Source: Octopus sinensis
Taxonomy: Eukaryota
DNA length: 22,689 nt
Direction: 5' to 3'
Assembly: GCF_006345805.1 (NCBI RefSeq)
Contig: NW_021823703.1
Coordinates: forward strand, 1 to 22,689
The notes beneath the pieces were generated by a model that ran no database searches, was not told the origin of the DNA, and saw only the letters and a program-made list of their open reading frames with translations. The translations under genes and the position numbers were made by a program. Below are positions 9,340-21,380 of the stretch, piece by piece (position 1 is the first letter of the stretch; each line of letters starts with the position of its first letter).

Positions 9340-9702
9340 TATTGGCGGCGACGATGAGGATGATGGTGATGATGATGATGATGATGATGAGGAGGAGGAG
9401 GAAGAGAAGAGGAAGAGGAGGATGGTGGTAGTGGTGGTGGTGGGAATGGTGGTGATGGTGACGATGATGATGATGATAATGAAGATGATGATAGTGACGG
9501 CGACGATGGTGAAGATGGGGAGGTCCATGATGATGATGATGATGATGATGATTGTGACGATGATGATGATGGTGTTTGCGACGATGATGACGATGATGAT
9601 GATGATGATGTTGATGATGCTGATGATGGTGTTTGCGACGATGATGACGATGATGATGATGATGATGCTGATGATGCTGATGATGATGATGATGATGATA
9701 AC

Positions 9703-9738
<36 letters not shown>

Positions 9739-9741
9739 AAC

Positions 9742-9780
<39 letters not shown>

Positions 9781-10452
9781 AACGATGATGATGATGATGA
9801 TAACGATGATGATGATGATGATAATGATGAAGATGATGATGATTGTGAGGATGATGATGGGGTTGGTGGTGGTGGCGGCGAGGATGATGATGATGATGAT
9901 GAGGAGGAGGATGGTGGTAGTGGTGGTGGTGGTGGGAATGGTGGTGATGGTGACGATAATGATGATGATGATAATGAAGATGATGATAGTGATGGCGACG
10001 ATGGTGATGATGGTGAGGACCATGATGATTATGATGATGATGATGACAATGATGATGACGATGATGATTGGGTTGGTGGTGGCGGTGGCGAGGATTATAA
10101 CAATGGTGATGATAGTGGTGTTGTTGTTGGTGGTGGTGATAGTGTTGGTACTGCTGCTGCTGCTGAAGATGGCGATGTTGACAGTGATGGTATTAATGAC
10201 ACTGCTGACAACGACGACGACGACAATGATGATGGTGGTTGTTGGTTGGTGGTGGTGGTAACGACAACAACGACGATGATGTCGATGATGATGTTGATGA
10301 TGATGACGACGACGACGTCAATGATGCTATCATTGCCCTTGCAGTTCATGATTTTGCTGCTCCTGCTTATATTGCAGTTTTTGTTATCTTAGCTATTGTT
10401 CTTGATGATGATGATGATGATGACGACGATGACGACGACGAAGGTGATGATA

Positions 10453-10501
<49 letters not shown>

Positions 10502-11415
10502 CGATGATAATCACTATGATAATCACTATGATTATAATGATGATGATGATGATGATGAAGACGATGACGACGGTGATGATTATGATGATAATGATGATGA
10601 TGATGTTGATGATGATGATGATGGTGTTGATGATGATGATGATGATGATGATGACGACGATGACGACGGTGATTATTATGATGATAATGATGATGATGAC
10701 GACGATGATAATCATTATATTGATGATGATGACGACGACGACGGTGATGATAACGATGATGATATGATGGTGATGATGATGATAATCATTATAATGATGA
10801 TGATGACGACGATGATAATGATGATATCATTATGATCATAATGTTGATGATGATGACGATGATAACGGTGATGGTGAAGATGACGCCGACGACGGTGATA
10901 ATAATGATGATGATGATGATGATGATAATGATGGTGATGACGACGACAACGATGATGATAATGATGATGGTTGTTTTGATTCTATTAGTGTTGTCATCAT
11001 TGCCACTCTTGCTTTTGTGACTGCTAATGCTTGTCCTCCCCCACCCCCTGGTTTTGCTCTTATTGTTTCTATTTTCTTCTTTTAGTTGTTACTATCAACG
11101 TTATTAATATTCTTTCTGCTGTTGTTCATGTTGTTGTTGTTGGTGGTGCTGCTCCTGTGAAACATTTCTTTTGTTAGTATTTTGTTGTTTTGTTTTTATT
11201 GATCCTGTTGCTGCTGCTGAGGCTACTGCTGCTGCTGATGCTCAAACAGCTACTTCCTACACTACAATTATTGTTGTTGTTATTTTTGTCGTCGTTGGCT
11301 TTTTTGCTGTTCTTACCTTGTTCTTGTTATGTTGTTATTATTGCTCTCATTTCTGCAGATTTTGATGATATAGTTATTGCGTTGTTGTTGTTGTTGTTGT
11401 TTTGTTGTTGTTGTA
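9340..11415. repeat. ~2-kb compound (GAT)n/(GAC)n/(GGT)n/(GTT)n microsatellite field
   Basis: Direct reading; explains the poly-M, poly-D and poly-I ORFs. Confidence 0.97.
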
Positions 11416-11574
11416 TTTACTGCTGAACACGACACGTATTTTCGAACGCCCGAAGTCTTGTTTAAAAACTTTAGTTTACACCCGTTTCTTGCCGTTTTTT
11501 CGCTTAAAAATTGTTCCAGTTTGTTTATAGAAACACTAAGGGCCCTTATGGAGCGCGTGGTAGTTTTGGGGCAG

Positions 11575-12386
11575 TGGTGTATTTCACCTCCTATCTCAGT
11601 GGCATATCGCGCCTCTCGGCCAGGAATGCGGAGTTCTGCGAAATGCCGATAACAGCCAGAGGTATACGGAACGCAATGAAGGCCTGCAAAGAGAGAAGTC
11701 TCCGGGCGGGATGATCTGCCCTTCGAGCTTCATTTTCATATGCCAGACTTGTTTGGTGATTCCTTGGCAGCAAAACGGTGGTGCTGTTGAGGAAGGACCC
11801 GGACAAGAGGAACAAAATTAATGATTTTAGGCCTATAATTCTACTGAATGCAGATTATAAAGATTTTGGCCATGTCGTCGATAAGTTGGTTGGTGACGCG
11901 CACACATGCATTATCCCAAACAGAACTATCCGCGACAACCTCCACCTCACGCATTACATCATAGAGAGGGTAGATAAGGAACTTGGCATGAGAGTGGCCC
12001 AGACCAATATGGATCAGTCGAAAGCTTTTGATTGGGTCGACCACCAATACATGGAGGCTAGTCTCGCAGCAGCGGGTTTCGGTCCCGTTTTCAGAGGCTG
12101 GATCGCAGCAACGTAAAACGTCATCTGTTCGGTGGTCAAAGTAAATGCCCATCTATCGGAATCATTTAGCATCGCTCCTTCGGTTCGTCATGGATGCCCA
12201 CTCTGGCCTCTTCAGAACGTACTGGCTCACGAGTCATTGCTGCGGAAGTTGGATGTTTCGAGAGGCATCCTGCATGATCAAGGATGCGGAAGGTTCGTGT
12301 CGGCTTACACGGACGACGTCACCGTAATAGTGTCGGGCATCTCAAAAATCGAGGTGGTCGGCACTGCTGTAAGGGAGTACGAATAA
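11575..12386 (+). mobile_element. L1/Tx1-clade LINE reverse-transcriptase fragment (pseudogenised)
   Basis: YLSGISRLS...CEMPITARGIRNAM, KSPG/DDLPFE, DFRPIILLNADYK, DQSKAFDWVDHQY, SVRHGCPLWPL, SAYTDDVTV. In-frame stop at 12114-12116 and upstream frameshifts. Confidence 0.93.
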
Positions 12387-12896
12387 ATAAATAAATTCAT
12401 GAATGAATGTTGTTTTCACAGCGATAATGCTCTTCTCAGTACATGAGTCGTTCCAGTTAACACGATTTTTTGCACTTCCTGTAGGGATAGTAAGCCTGGT
12501 ATCATTTTCAAATAGGTTTCAGTACCTTTTTTTTTTTTATCATTCCTAGAGATCCTACAATCACTGGTACTGTAGTCGCCTTGAGATGCCACATTTTTTC
12601 AAATTTACTGATCTGGTCAAATTCTTTCGCCGCTATATTGTGATCGCAAAGAATACTCATGTCAATTAATAAACACACTTTCTCTGTCTGATCTTTTATA
12701 ATAATATCCGGTTTATTAGCTTTTATAGTTTTGTCGGTATGTACGGTGAAATCCCAGAGAATCGACACATTTTCTTCCTCAGTCACAGCTTCAGGATGGT
12801 GTTTATACCATTTGTCAGCGGTTTCGATTTTATAATGCCGACATATTGTCCAGTGTAAATACTGGCCGACTCCGTCATGTCTTGCTTTATATTCTA

Positions 12897-12897
<1 letters not shown>
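12387..12897 (-). mobile_element. R4/Dong-clade non-LTR retrotransposon 3' end with restriction-like endonuclease, 5'-truncated
   Basis: VEYKARHDGVGQYLHWTICRHY...KWYKHHPEAVTEEENVSILWDF...NKPDIIIKD...LIDMS...KEFDQISKF...MWHLK...VPVIVGSLGMIKK, then after a frameshift in an A-run GTETYLKMIPG...EVQKIVLTGTTHVLRRALSL* (stop 12418-12416). Contains the RHD motif and PD..D..K endonuclease core. Confidence 0.9.
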
Positions 12898-12934
<37 letters not shown>

Positions 12935-12948
12935 TATTATTATTATTA

Positions 12949-12987
<39 letters not shown>

Positions 12988-12991
12988 CATT
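12898..12991. repeat. (ATT)n microsatellite
   Basis: Direct reading. Confidence 0.97.
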
Positions 12992-13408
12992 GAGTGAAAG
13001 AGCAGCACATGCCATCGAAGTGACACTGGGGTACAAATATACGAAGCCCAATATACCCATCATGACTACCCGTCTGATAAGGGTACAACAGGCACATGCA
13101 TCACAACCATTTGTGCAAGACATGGTGATCTCACATCAAGATAAACAGCGCATGGCCATGCAGGTGGAGCCCATTTAGAATTTTCTTCAGGTTAAGTAGC
13201 CCATCCCGCTCAAAAGGTCCCTGGATAAGGCCTGTTTAAGGATGTTGATCGAAACACCTAGGTTTCCAGAGGTGAATTATTCAAATCCCAAAGAATTTCT
13301 CTGATCATATGGCTATGATGCTCCCCGACTACTTCTGCTCGTGATTAGAGGATGCACATATCATTAGCCACCAAGGGACATGTTCAACTGGTTAAGGTCA
13401 AGCATCTG
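12992..13408 (+). mobile_element. Unclassified ~555-bp (ATT)n-embedded element, copy 1 (one end replaced by a SINE tail)
   Basis: Reverse complement is colinear and highly similar (roughly 90% by eye) to 19520-19912. No ORF and no TIRs. Confidence 0.9.
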
Positions 13409-13534
13409 CCGAGGTCGACTTTGCCTTTCATCCTTTCGGAGTCGATAAAATAAGGATCAGTTGAACACTGGGGTCGATGTAATCGACTTAATTCCTTCCC
13501 CCAAATTTGAGGCCTTGTGCTTCCAGCAGAAAGA

Positions 13535-13535
<1 letters not shown>
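13405..13535 (+). mobile_element. SINE family 1, 3' half with (ATT)n tail
   Basis: GCCGAGGTCGACTTTGCCTTTCATCCTTTCGGAGTCGATAAAATAAG...GGGGTCGATGTAATCGACTTA...GGCCTTGTGC...AGAAAGA, followed by (ATT)n to ~13620. Confidence 0.9.
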
Positions 13536-13617
<82 letters not shown>

Positions 13618-13914
13618 GTTGTTGCTGCTGCTGCTGTTGTTGTTGTTATTGTGGTAGCTATAATCACAACCATCTTTATATGGAATCATGATTTTATTTT
13701 TCTCAATTAATCTTCACGGCCATTCTATAACACAGCCATCCCCCCACCAACACCACCACCAACAACGACAATAACCACAACAACGATAACCACAACAACA
13801 GTAATAGAACCAACATCCCCTAATACTACTACTACTACTACAAATTCTAATATCGCCACCACAATAATCACCACTCATAATCAAAAGCATAACGAAACCT
13901 CTAGCTAATCTGAT

Positions 13915-14420
<506 letters not shown>

Positions 14421-14779
14421 CTATCTTTCATCACACTCATACGCCTCCTTCCATTCCACACATACCCACGTACACCAATACCTTCGCCCCAACCATACAC
14501 AATTTCATCCCCCCCGCTCCCCTCGTTCTCCCAAATCACACAAACAATATCTGTACTGATTATATAAACACTCATTCAGTCAGCCACTTTTTTCCCCCAA
14601 CTGCACCACATTACTACCATCACCATCACCGCAACCACACCCGCCATGGCCACCACCACGGCTACCGCCATCCTCACAGAGACTTGAGATCCCTTCAGAT
14701 AATCTGCCTAATAATTCACATTGATTGTCCCCTCGATTATTACCCTGACTTCAACCTCTCTACCTGTTCTGCCTCTCTT

Positions 14780-15072
14780 AATCACACACACACACGCACA
14801 CATACATACACACACACACACACGCGCACACACTCACACACACACACACACACATATATACACACAAAAAGACAATTTATACACACGTGTATGCATACAT
14901 ATACACGTACACATACATGTGCAAAGATATATATATGTGTGTGTGTGTGAGTGTGTGTGTGTGTGTGAGTATGTGTGTGTGTGTCTCTCTCTCTATATAT
15001 ATATATACACACTACACGCTCATATACATATATATATATGTATATATACACATATATATGTGTGTGTGTATG
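14780..15072. repeat. (CA)n/(TG)n/(TA)n compound microsatellite
   Basis: Direct reading. Confidence 0.95.
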
Positions 15073-16500
15073 CACTACCATTACCATCGCAACCACCACC
15101 TCACTATCTCACTCCACCACCAACACCAACATTACCATCCCTACCGCCGTCGCCGCACAACAACGACCACAACCTTCTCCTTTACTAACGCCACCACTAC
15201 CACCACCGCCAATACACAACAATAACCACAACACCACCATCTCCTCCTCCTCTTCTTCCTCCTCGTCCTCCTTATCCTCGTTGTCGTCCTCCTCCTGTTC
15301 CCTCTCCTCTTAGTCTCCTCCACCACCACCAACATTACCAGACAATAATCTATCTACACAATCAGTTAGATTGCCATTCACTGATTGGCAAATAATTGCC
15401 AGGGAACTACGGAAATCAAAAGTCATTAATATATACACCGCCATCGCCACCACCATCACCACCCCCCAATCACAACCATCACCACCACCACACCACCATC
15501 ACACCACCATCACCACCACCATCACCACCACCATCACCACCACCATCACCACCACTACTATCACCATCACCACTACCATTACTGCTATGATCACCATCAC
15601 CACCACCACCATCACCACCACCATCACCACTACCATCACCACCACCACCACCACCATCGCCACCACCACCACAACCACCACCACCATCACCACCACATTC
15701 ATTGCCACCACCATCACAACCATCACCACCACCATCACCACAATCACCACCACCGTCACCACCATCACCACTACCATTACCACCATGATCACCACCAACA
15801 CCATCACCAATACCACCATCACGAACACCATCTCCACTACCATTTCATCTGTGATCAACTCTACCAAAAACACCATCTTTGCCATCTCCTCTTCAACCTC
15901 ACCATCACCGCCAATATCATCACCCCCACCACCACCACCACCACCACCACCGCTATTGACATCACTACGACCACCATCATCATTCCCACCACAACCACCG
16001 CCATCATGACCAAAATTACCTCCACTACCATCGTCACCAGCACAACTGCTACTAAAACCACCAAACCACCACCACCATCGCCACCGCGTTTACCATCAGA
16101 TGTTCCACCATTAACATCACCACCTCTACCAACACCTTTATCTCCATATTCCTAACCATCACCATCCCTGCTACGACCACTACCACTCCTGCCACCGCCA
16201 CCAGGAACACCAGCATCAATTCCTTATTCCCTACCACTACTGTTGCTACGACAACGACGACGACGACGACGACGATCACCACCACCACCACCACCATCAC
16301 ACAACCACAATGAATATCATCACCGTCACACTCACCACCACCACCACTAGAATCTCAACCATCGCAATCATCAGCCCTACTAACTCGACCGCCGTTACCC
16401 TCACCGCAACCACTACCCTCCACGCCAGTACCATATCGCCATCACTACCACCACCGCCATGACTGTCACCATCCATCCATTCCACTGCTACAATGACCCA
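15073..16500. repeat. Degenerate (ACC)n/(ATC)n/(TCC)n low-complexity field
   Basis: Direct reading; explains the poly-T and poly-V ORFs. Confidence 0.92.
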
Positions 16501-16569
16501 TACATTACCTGCAATGTCACTAACCCATCACAAACACATAAATGAATTCAGATTTTTCAGAAAAGAAGC

Positions 16570-16573
16570 ATTA

Positions 16574-16608
<35 letters not shown>

Positions 16609-16687
16609 TTTTTATCATCATCATCATCATCATCATCATCAGCATCATCATCATCATTAATTTATTATTATTATTATTATATTATTA

Positions 16688-16728
<41 letters not shown>

Positions 16729-16746
16729 CATTTTATTATTATTATT

Positions 16747-16831
<85 letters not shown>

Positions 16832-16927
16832 TATTATTATTATTATTATTATTATCATTATTATTATATTATCATCATCATTATCACTATTATTATGATT
16901 ATGATTATGATTATGTTTTTATTATTA

Positions 16928-16968
<41 letters not shown>

Positions 16969-17030
16969 TATTTATTATTTTATTATATTATTATTATCAT
17001 TATTATTATTATTATTACTATTATTTTGTA
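16570..17030. repeat. (ATT)n/(ATC)n microsatellite block
   Basis: Direct reading. Confidence 0.97.
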
Positions 17031-17345
17031 TTAAAAAAATATATGTATTTTGGGATTCGTTGGCTTCACTAGGTTCTGAGATAACAGAGGGGACATACAC
17101 AAGTGATCAAGCAAATAAACAGAGTAAATAAACTAATAAACAAATAAACAAATAAACAGAGTAAAAATAGAGGCACCTAATTTTCTTTTTGTCGTTAAGT
17201 CAAGATGTCGATGTTATAGTTGCTGCTATTGTTGCTATTGCTGTCGTTGTTTCACCATGATTGAACGGAGCGTTCCGGTCATGACCATCGCAACATTTAT
17301 TCAGTCATTGCATATGTCTAATCTAATACTGCAGTATTTAATCCA

Positions 17346-17349
<4 letters not shown>

Positions 17350-17412
<63 letters not shown>
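17350..17412. repeat. (TA)n microsatellite
   Basis: Direct reading. Confidence 0.97.
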
Positions 17413-17417
<5 letters not shown>

Positions 17418-17749
17418 GCATATTATATAAGTATGTATATACGCACACATATACAAAGGCATATATTTATTGAATGATGTTGCGGAGACTCACACACAGG
17501 ACTTTAAGTTTCTATGCAATAACACGACGATCACCGTATTTCTTCACTTGACATAAGCCTAGCGACAAACACGAAAAAAACAATACACTTGAAACGATGC
17601 ATGTAACATTAAAGGAAAAACATTTAAAAGACCCCAAACATATCATTGCCCATGAGGAACCAATATGCGTCGGTATTCAAACTGATTACATTAAAAGGCT
17701 GGACTTGACTTTTTTTATTAGACGTAAGAAACCAGAACCTAACTTACTG

Positions 17750-17920
17750 CTTTCAGATTTTGCCACAAGGCCAGCAGCTTTGGGAGAGGGAGCAAAAGAC
17801 GATTACATCGAGCTCAGTGCTCAACTGGTACTTGGTTTATCGGCCACAAAAGGATGGTAACAAAGTGGATCTCAGTGGAATTTGAACTCAGAACGTAAAG
17901 ATGAACGAAATGCCGCTAAA
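17750..17920 (-). mobile_element. SINE family 1 copy A
   Basis: ACAAGGCCAGCA...GATTACATCGA...ACTGGTACTT...AAAGGATG...AATTTGAACTCAGAACGTAAAG. Confidence 0.85.
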
Positions 17921-17984
17921 TATAAATTATTTCTAACATTTTAACGTATGGTGCATTATAAAGCTGACCTAAAATTCTGTCAAA

Positions 17985-18702
17985 TTTTGGTACAATGTCA
18001 GCAACCTTTCGGAGAATTGGTTAGTCGATTCTTGGATCCAGCACTTGACTGATATTTTATTGGGTTGTCCGGAAAGTTCGTGCCGATTTTTAAAGGAAGG
18101 AAAAAGGTCAATAAATACTTGCCAATTCATTTTTAATCAACCAAATATGAACCATTTTGTTGCACAATGCGTCTCCAACTTTCCTTTAACTTGTAAATAC
18201 CCTCTTCCCAGAATTGAGGTGGTTTCACGGCAAATAATTCATCAAGGTATCTTTTTACGTCATCCAAGGAATTGAAATTTTTACCATTAAGACTATTCTG
18301 CAGAGACATAAATAAGTGGAAATCCGAAGAAGCAATATCTGGTGAATATGGAGAGTGGTGTAACACATCCCAGCCAAGCTGCAACAAGTTTTGTCTGGTT
18401 CCCAAAGCATCAAGTGCCGAAAATGAGCTTTCTTATCTTCCATTTAAAAGGATTACAGAATTAACACAGGTTATAGGAACATAAACCTTCTTTCACGAAA
18501 AGATAGCTTAAACTAAATGGAGGTGTAGTCAAACCCTATTTTATGGACTCAACCATGTTCTAAAATAAGTCGAAATTAAGCTACTATAAATCGGCACGAA
18601 CTTTCCGGACAACCCAATATTTTATCGATAAAAGGCAAAGAGTTGTGAGAAATTCCGCGGAACATTTTTTCAGACTTTCTACGGATTCTGCTAGCTCTCC
18701 GC
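17985..18702 (-). mobile_element. SINE family 1 copy B, interrupted by a mariner
   Basis: SINE sequence runs up to 18059, resumes at 18618 (TATTTTATCGAT..AAAGGCAAAG), and the head remnant GATTCTGCTAGCTCTCCGC lies at 18684-18702. Confidence 0.7.
18060..18617 (-). mobile_element. Internally deleted mariner (558 bp), Hsmar1/cecropia-like, TA target duplication
   Basis: Perfect 30-bp TIRs TTGGGTTGTCCGGAAAGTTCGTGCCGATTT (18060-18089 / 18588-18617) with TA at 18058-59 and 18618-19. N-terminus MEDKKAHFRHLMLW is joined out of frame to the C-terminus GTRQNLLQLGWDVLHHSPYSPDIASSDFHLF...NGSYLVD*. Confidence 0.97.
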
Positions 18703-18711
18703 ACTAACAAT

Positions 18712-18885
18712 CTTTTTCTGCTATAAGCAGAAGGCGTGAAATTTTTGTGAAGGTCGTCGAGTCGATTACATCGACCGTAGTGCTTTACTGATACTTAAGT
18801 TATCGACCGCGAAGGGATAAAAGGTGAAGTCGGTCATTGTAGTATTCGAACTCAGAACTAAAAGGCAGACGAAAAACGATTGTGG
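18712..18885 (-). mobile_element. SINE family 1 copy C
   Basis: TTTCT.CTATA.GC..AAGGC.TGAAATTTT...GTCGATTACATCGACC...GAACTCAGAAC. Confidence 0.85.
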
Positions 18886-18911
18886 CAGAAAATTACATTA
18901 ATAATGATAAT

Positions 18912-19135
18912 AACGCTTTCTACTATAAGCTAAAGACCTGAAAATTTTGGAGCGGGTGGGGTGGGTGGGGTAGTCGATCATGTCGACCCCAGTGTTTCAT
19001 TGGTACTTACTTCATCGACCTCGAAAGGATGGAAGGCAAAATCGACCTCAGCGGAATTTGAACTCAGAACAAAAAAAACAGAAGAGACCGCTATTTTGTC
19101 CGGCGTGCTAACGATTGTGCCACAAAACTCGCATT
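18912..19135 (-). mobile_element. SINE family 1 copy D, near full length
   Basis: Tail-to-head colinear; B-box reverse complement GGAATTTGAACTC, head TCCGGCGTGCTAACGATT.TGCCA. Confidence 0.9.
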
Positions 19136-19179
19136 AATAATAATAATACTAATAATGATGATGATGATGATGATGATGA

Positions 19180-19312
19180 TCCTGAAATCTTAGGGGAAGG
19201 AGTAAGCCGATTACAAAGACCACGGCAGCATTTGAACTCAGAACATGAAGACAGACGAAGATACCGCTAAGCATTTCGTCCGGCGTGCTAACGTTTCTGC
19301 CAGCCTACCGCC
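19180..19312 (-). mobile_element. SINE family 1 copy E, intact tRNA-like head with internal deletion
   Basis: Sense strand GGCGGTAGGC-TGGCAGAAACGTTAG (A box, 19302->19288) ... GAGTTCAAAT (B box, 19239->19230). Confidence 0.9.
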
Positions 19313-19383
<71 letters not shown>

Positions 19384-19384
<1 letters not shown>

Positions 19385-19912
19385 TGCCCTGATGCAGTAC
19401 CAGGCAGTGGCTCTCATGGCTTCTGATCTTAACTGATTGGAAGTGTTATCATGTACATTGTTTTGTCTTGGTATAAAAGATGGGCTACAGCAAATATTCT
19501 GCTCAATACCACAGATTTGCTTGTCAGTTGTTTGACCTTAACCAGTTGAGCATGTCCCTTAGTGGCTGACGATATGTGCATCTCTGATCACGAGCAGAAG
19601 TAGTGGGGGAGCATCATAGCCATGTGTTGAGAGGGATTCTTTGGGGTTTGAATAGTTCACCTCTGGAAACATAGGTGGTTCTTTCAACATCCTTAAACAA
19701 CCCTTATTCAGGGACCGTTTGAGCGCGATGGGCTACTCAACCTGAAGAAAATTTCCAACTGGGCCCCACCTGCAAGTCATGTGCTGTTTATCTTGATATG
19801 AGATCACCATGTCGCGCACATATGGTGTGATGCATGTGCCTGGTGTACCTTTATCAGACGGGTAGTCATGATGGGTATATTGGGCTTCGTATATTTTACC
19901 CCAGTGTCACTC
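19384..19912 (-). mobile_element. Unclassified ~555-bp (ATT)n-embedded element, copy 2 (near complete)
   Basis: Flanked by pure (AAT)n on both sides (19314-19383 and 19913-20093). Homologous to copies 1 and 3; lacks a 26-nt subterminal segment present in copy 1. Confidence 0.92.
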
Positions 19913-19984
19913 AATAATAATAATAATAATATAATAATAATAATAATAATGATGATGATGATAATAATAATAATAATAATAATA

Positions 19985-20097
<113 letters not shown>

Positions 20098-20239
20098 CCC
20101 TGATGCATTACCAGGCAGTGGCTCTCGTGGCTTCTGATGCAAACGTTCTGCTCAATACCACAGATTTGCTTGTTAAGTTGTTTGACCATAACCAGTTGAG
20201 CATGTCCCTTAGTGGCTGACGATATGTGCATCTCTGATC

Positions 20240-20240
<1 letters not shown>
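20098..20240 (-). mobile_element. Unclassified ~555-bp element, copy 3 (truncated, 62-nt internal deletion)
   Basis: Matches 19388-19427 plus 19490-19590; (AAT)n on both sides. Confidence 0.9.
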
Positions 20241-20311
<71 letters not shown>

Positions 20312-20317
20312 TAATGG

Positions 20318-20540
20318 TTTTAACTTTTGGAACGGGGCCAGTAATGTTAAGGTAGGGTATTATCCTATTACATCGACGTTAGTGCTCAATCTTGGTTTCT
20401 TAGTTTATCGAGCCTTAAAGGATGAAAGGCGAAGTTTACATGGACGAGATTAGAGCTTAGAACGTAGAGCCAGAAGAAACGTTGTTAAATTATTTGTCCG
20501 GCACCTTAGCACTAATGATTCTTCCAGCTCACCGCCTTAA
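20318..20540 (-). mobile_element. SINE family 1 copy F, diverged
   Basis: ATTACATCGAC...TTTATCGA...AAAGGATGAAAGGC.AAGT...AGAACGTA...TTTGTCCGGC...GATTCTTCCAGCTCACCGCCTT. Confidence 0.85.
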
Positions 20541-20559
20541 CAAAGTCAAACAGTAATAA

Positions 20560-21020
20560 TATGCGTTGATAAACACACACACATACAACACACACATACG
20601 CACACACACACACACATACGCAACAGACATACACACAGGGTCGCATAGAGGCACACATACATACACACACATGCGCGCACATGTACCGACGCACACACAC
20701 ACATACGCAACAGACATACACACAGGGTCACATAGAGGAACACATACATACACACACATGCGCGCACATGTACCGATGCACACACACACACATGCGCGCA
20801 CATGTACCGATGCACACACACACACACACACATACGCAAGAGACATACACAAGGTGTCACATAGCGGCACGCATACATACACACACATGCGCGCACATGT
20901 ACCGACGCACACACAAACACACACAGTCACACACAGGTACACACGCGCGTGTACACGTACGCACGCACATGCAGACACACACACACACACATACCTCCGC
21001 ACATGCGCATACACGCGCAC
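20560..21020. repeat. CA-rich minisatellite with ~87-bp higher-order unit (about 3 copies)
   Basis: CATACGCAA.AGACATACAC...GTC.CATAG.GG...CATGCGCGCACATGTACCGA starts at 20615, 20702 and 20831. Confidence 0.9.
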
Positions 21021-21380
21021 GCTATCTGTCCATGAGTAATATTTTTATTCTAAATAATTCAAAGACGCTATCCACATGAAATTTTTGTTAAAAAATATGG
21101 AAATAACTCTATTGATTAACACAGTTATTTTCCCCTACCCCCGCATATTTATTTGGAATTCAAAATAATTTATTCTACTTTGTGAACTTTTGGTATTTAT
21201 TTCTTGTTTTTGTTTTTATATTCATAGCATTAAATATGTTAATACAAATTTAAATAATTTTTTTAATGCAAATGGTGTCTCTGAATAGCTTATTCTCTAA
21301 ACAATTGTATTCTCTACGCCAACAAATGTACATTTATTTGGTAATTAGAGACTCATTCATCACTATGCCGAAAGCTATGC

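Noticed and set aside
9260-11020. 333-aa poly-Met and 198-aa poly-Asp ORFs (possible acidic biomineral-type protein)
   Set aside because: All frames are open because of (GAT)n; no signal peptide or splice structure, and the tract grades into other microsatellites.
15345-15430. 68-nt stop-free minus-strand candidate exon (SLAIICQSVNGNLTDCVDRLLS) and small TTGCCA/TGGCAA hairpin
   Set aside because: Splice signals only moderate, no recognisable protein similarity, embedded in low-complexity DNA; cannot be supported without RNA data.
19384-19912. Self-cleaving ribozyme (HDV-like, twister or hammerhead) within the orphan element
   Set aside because: Checked by eye on both strands. Partial look-alikes exist (CTCTC(A/G)TGGC, GAAGCCC, TACCC-GTCTGATAA-(G/A)GGTA hairpin) but no complete core topology; a covariance-model search is needed.
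20560-21020. CRISPR-like repeat-spacer array
   Set aside because: Eukaryotic context, units are contiguous with no unique spacers, and no cas genes.
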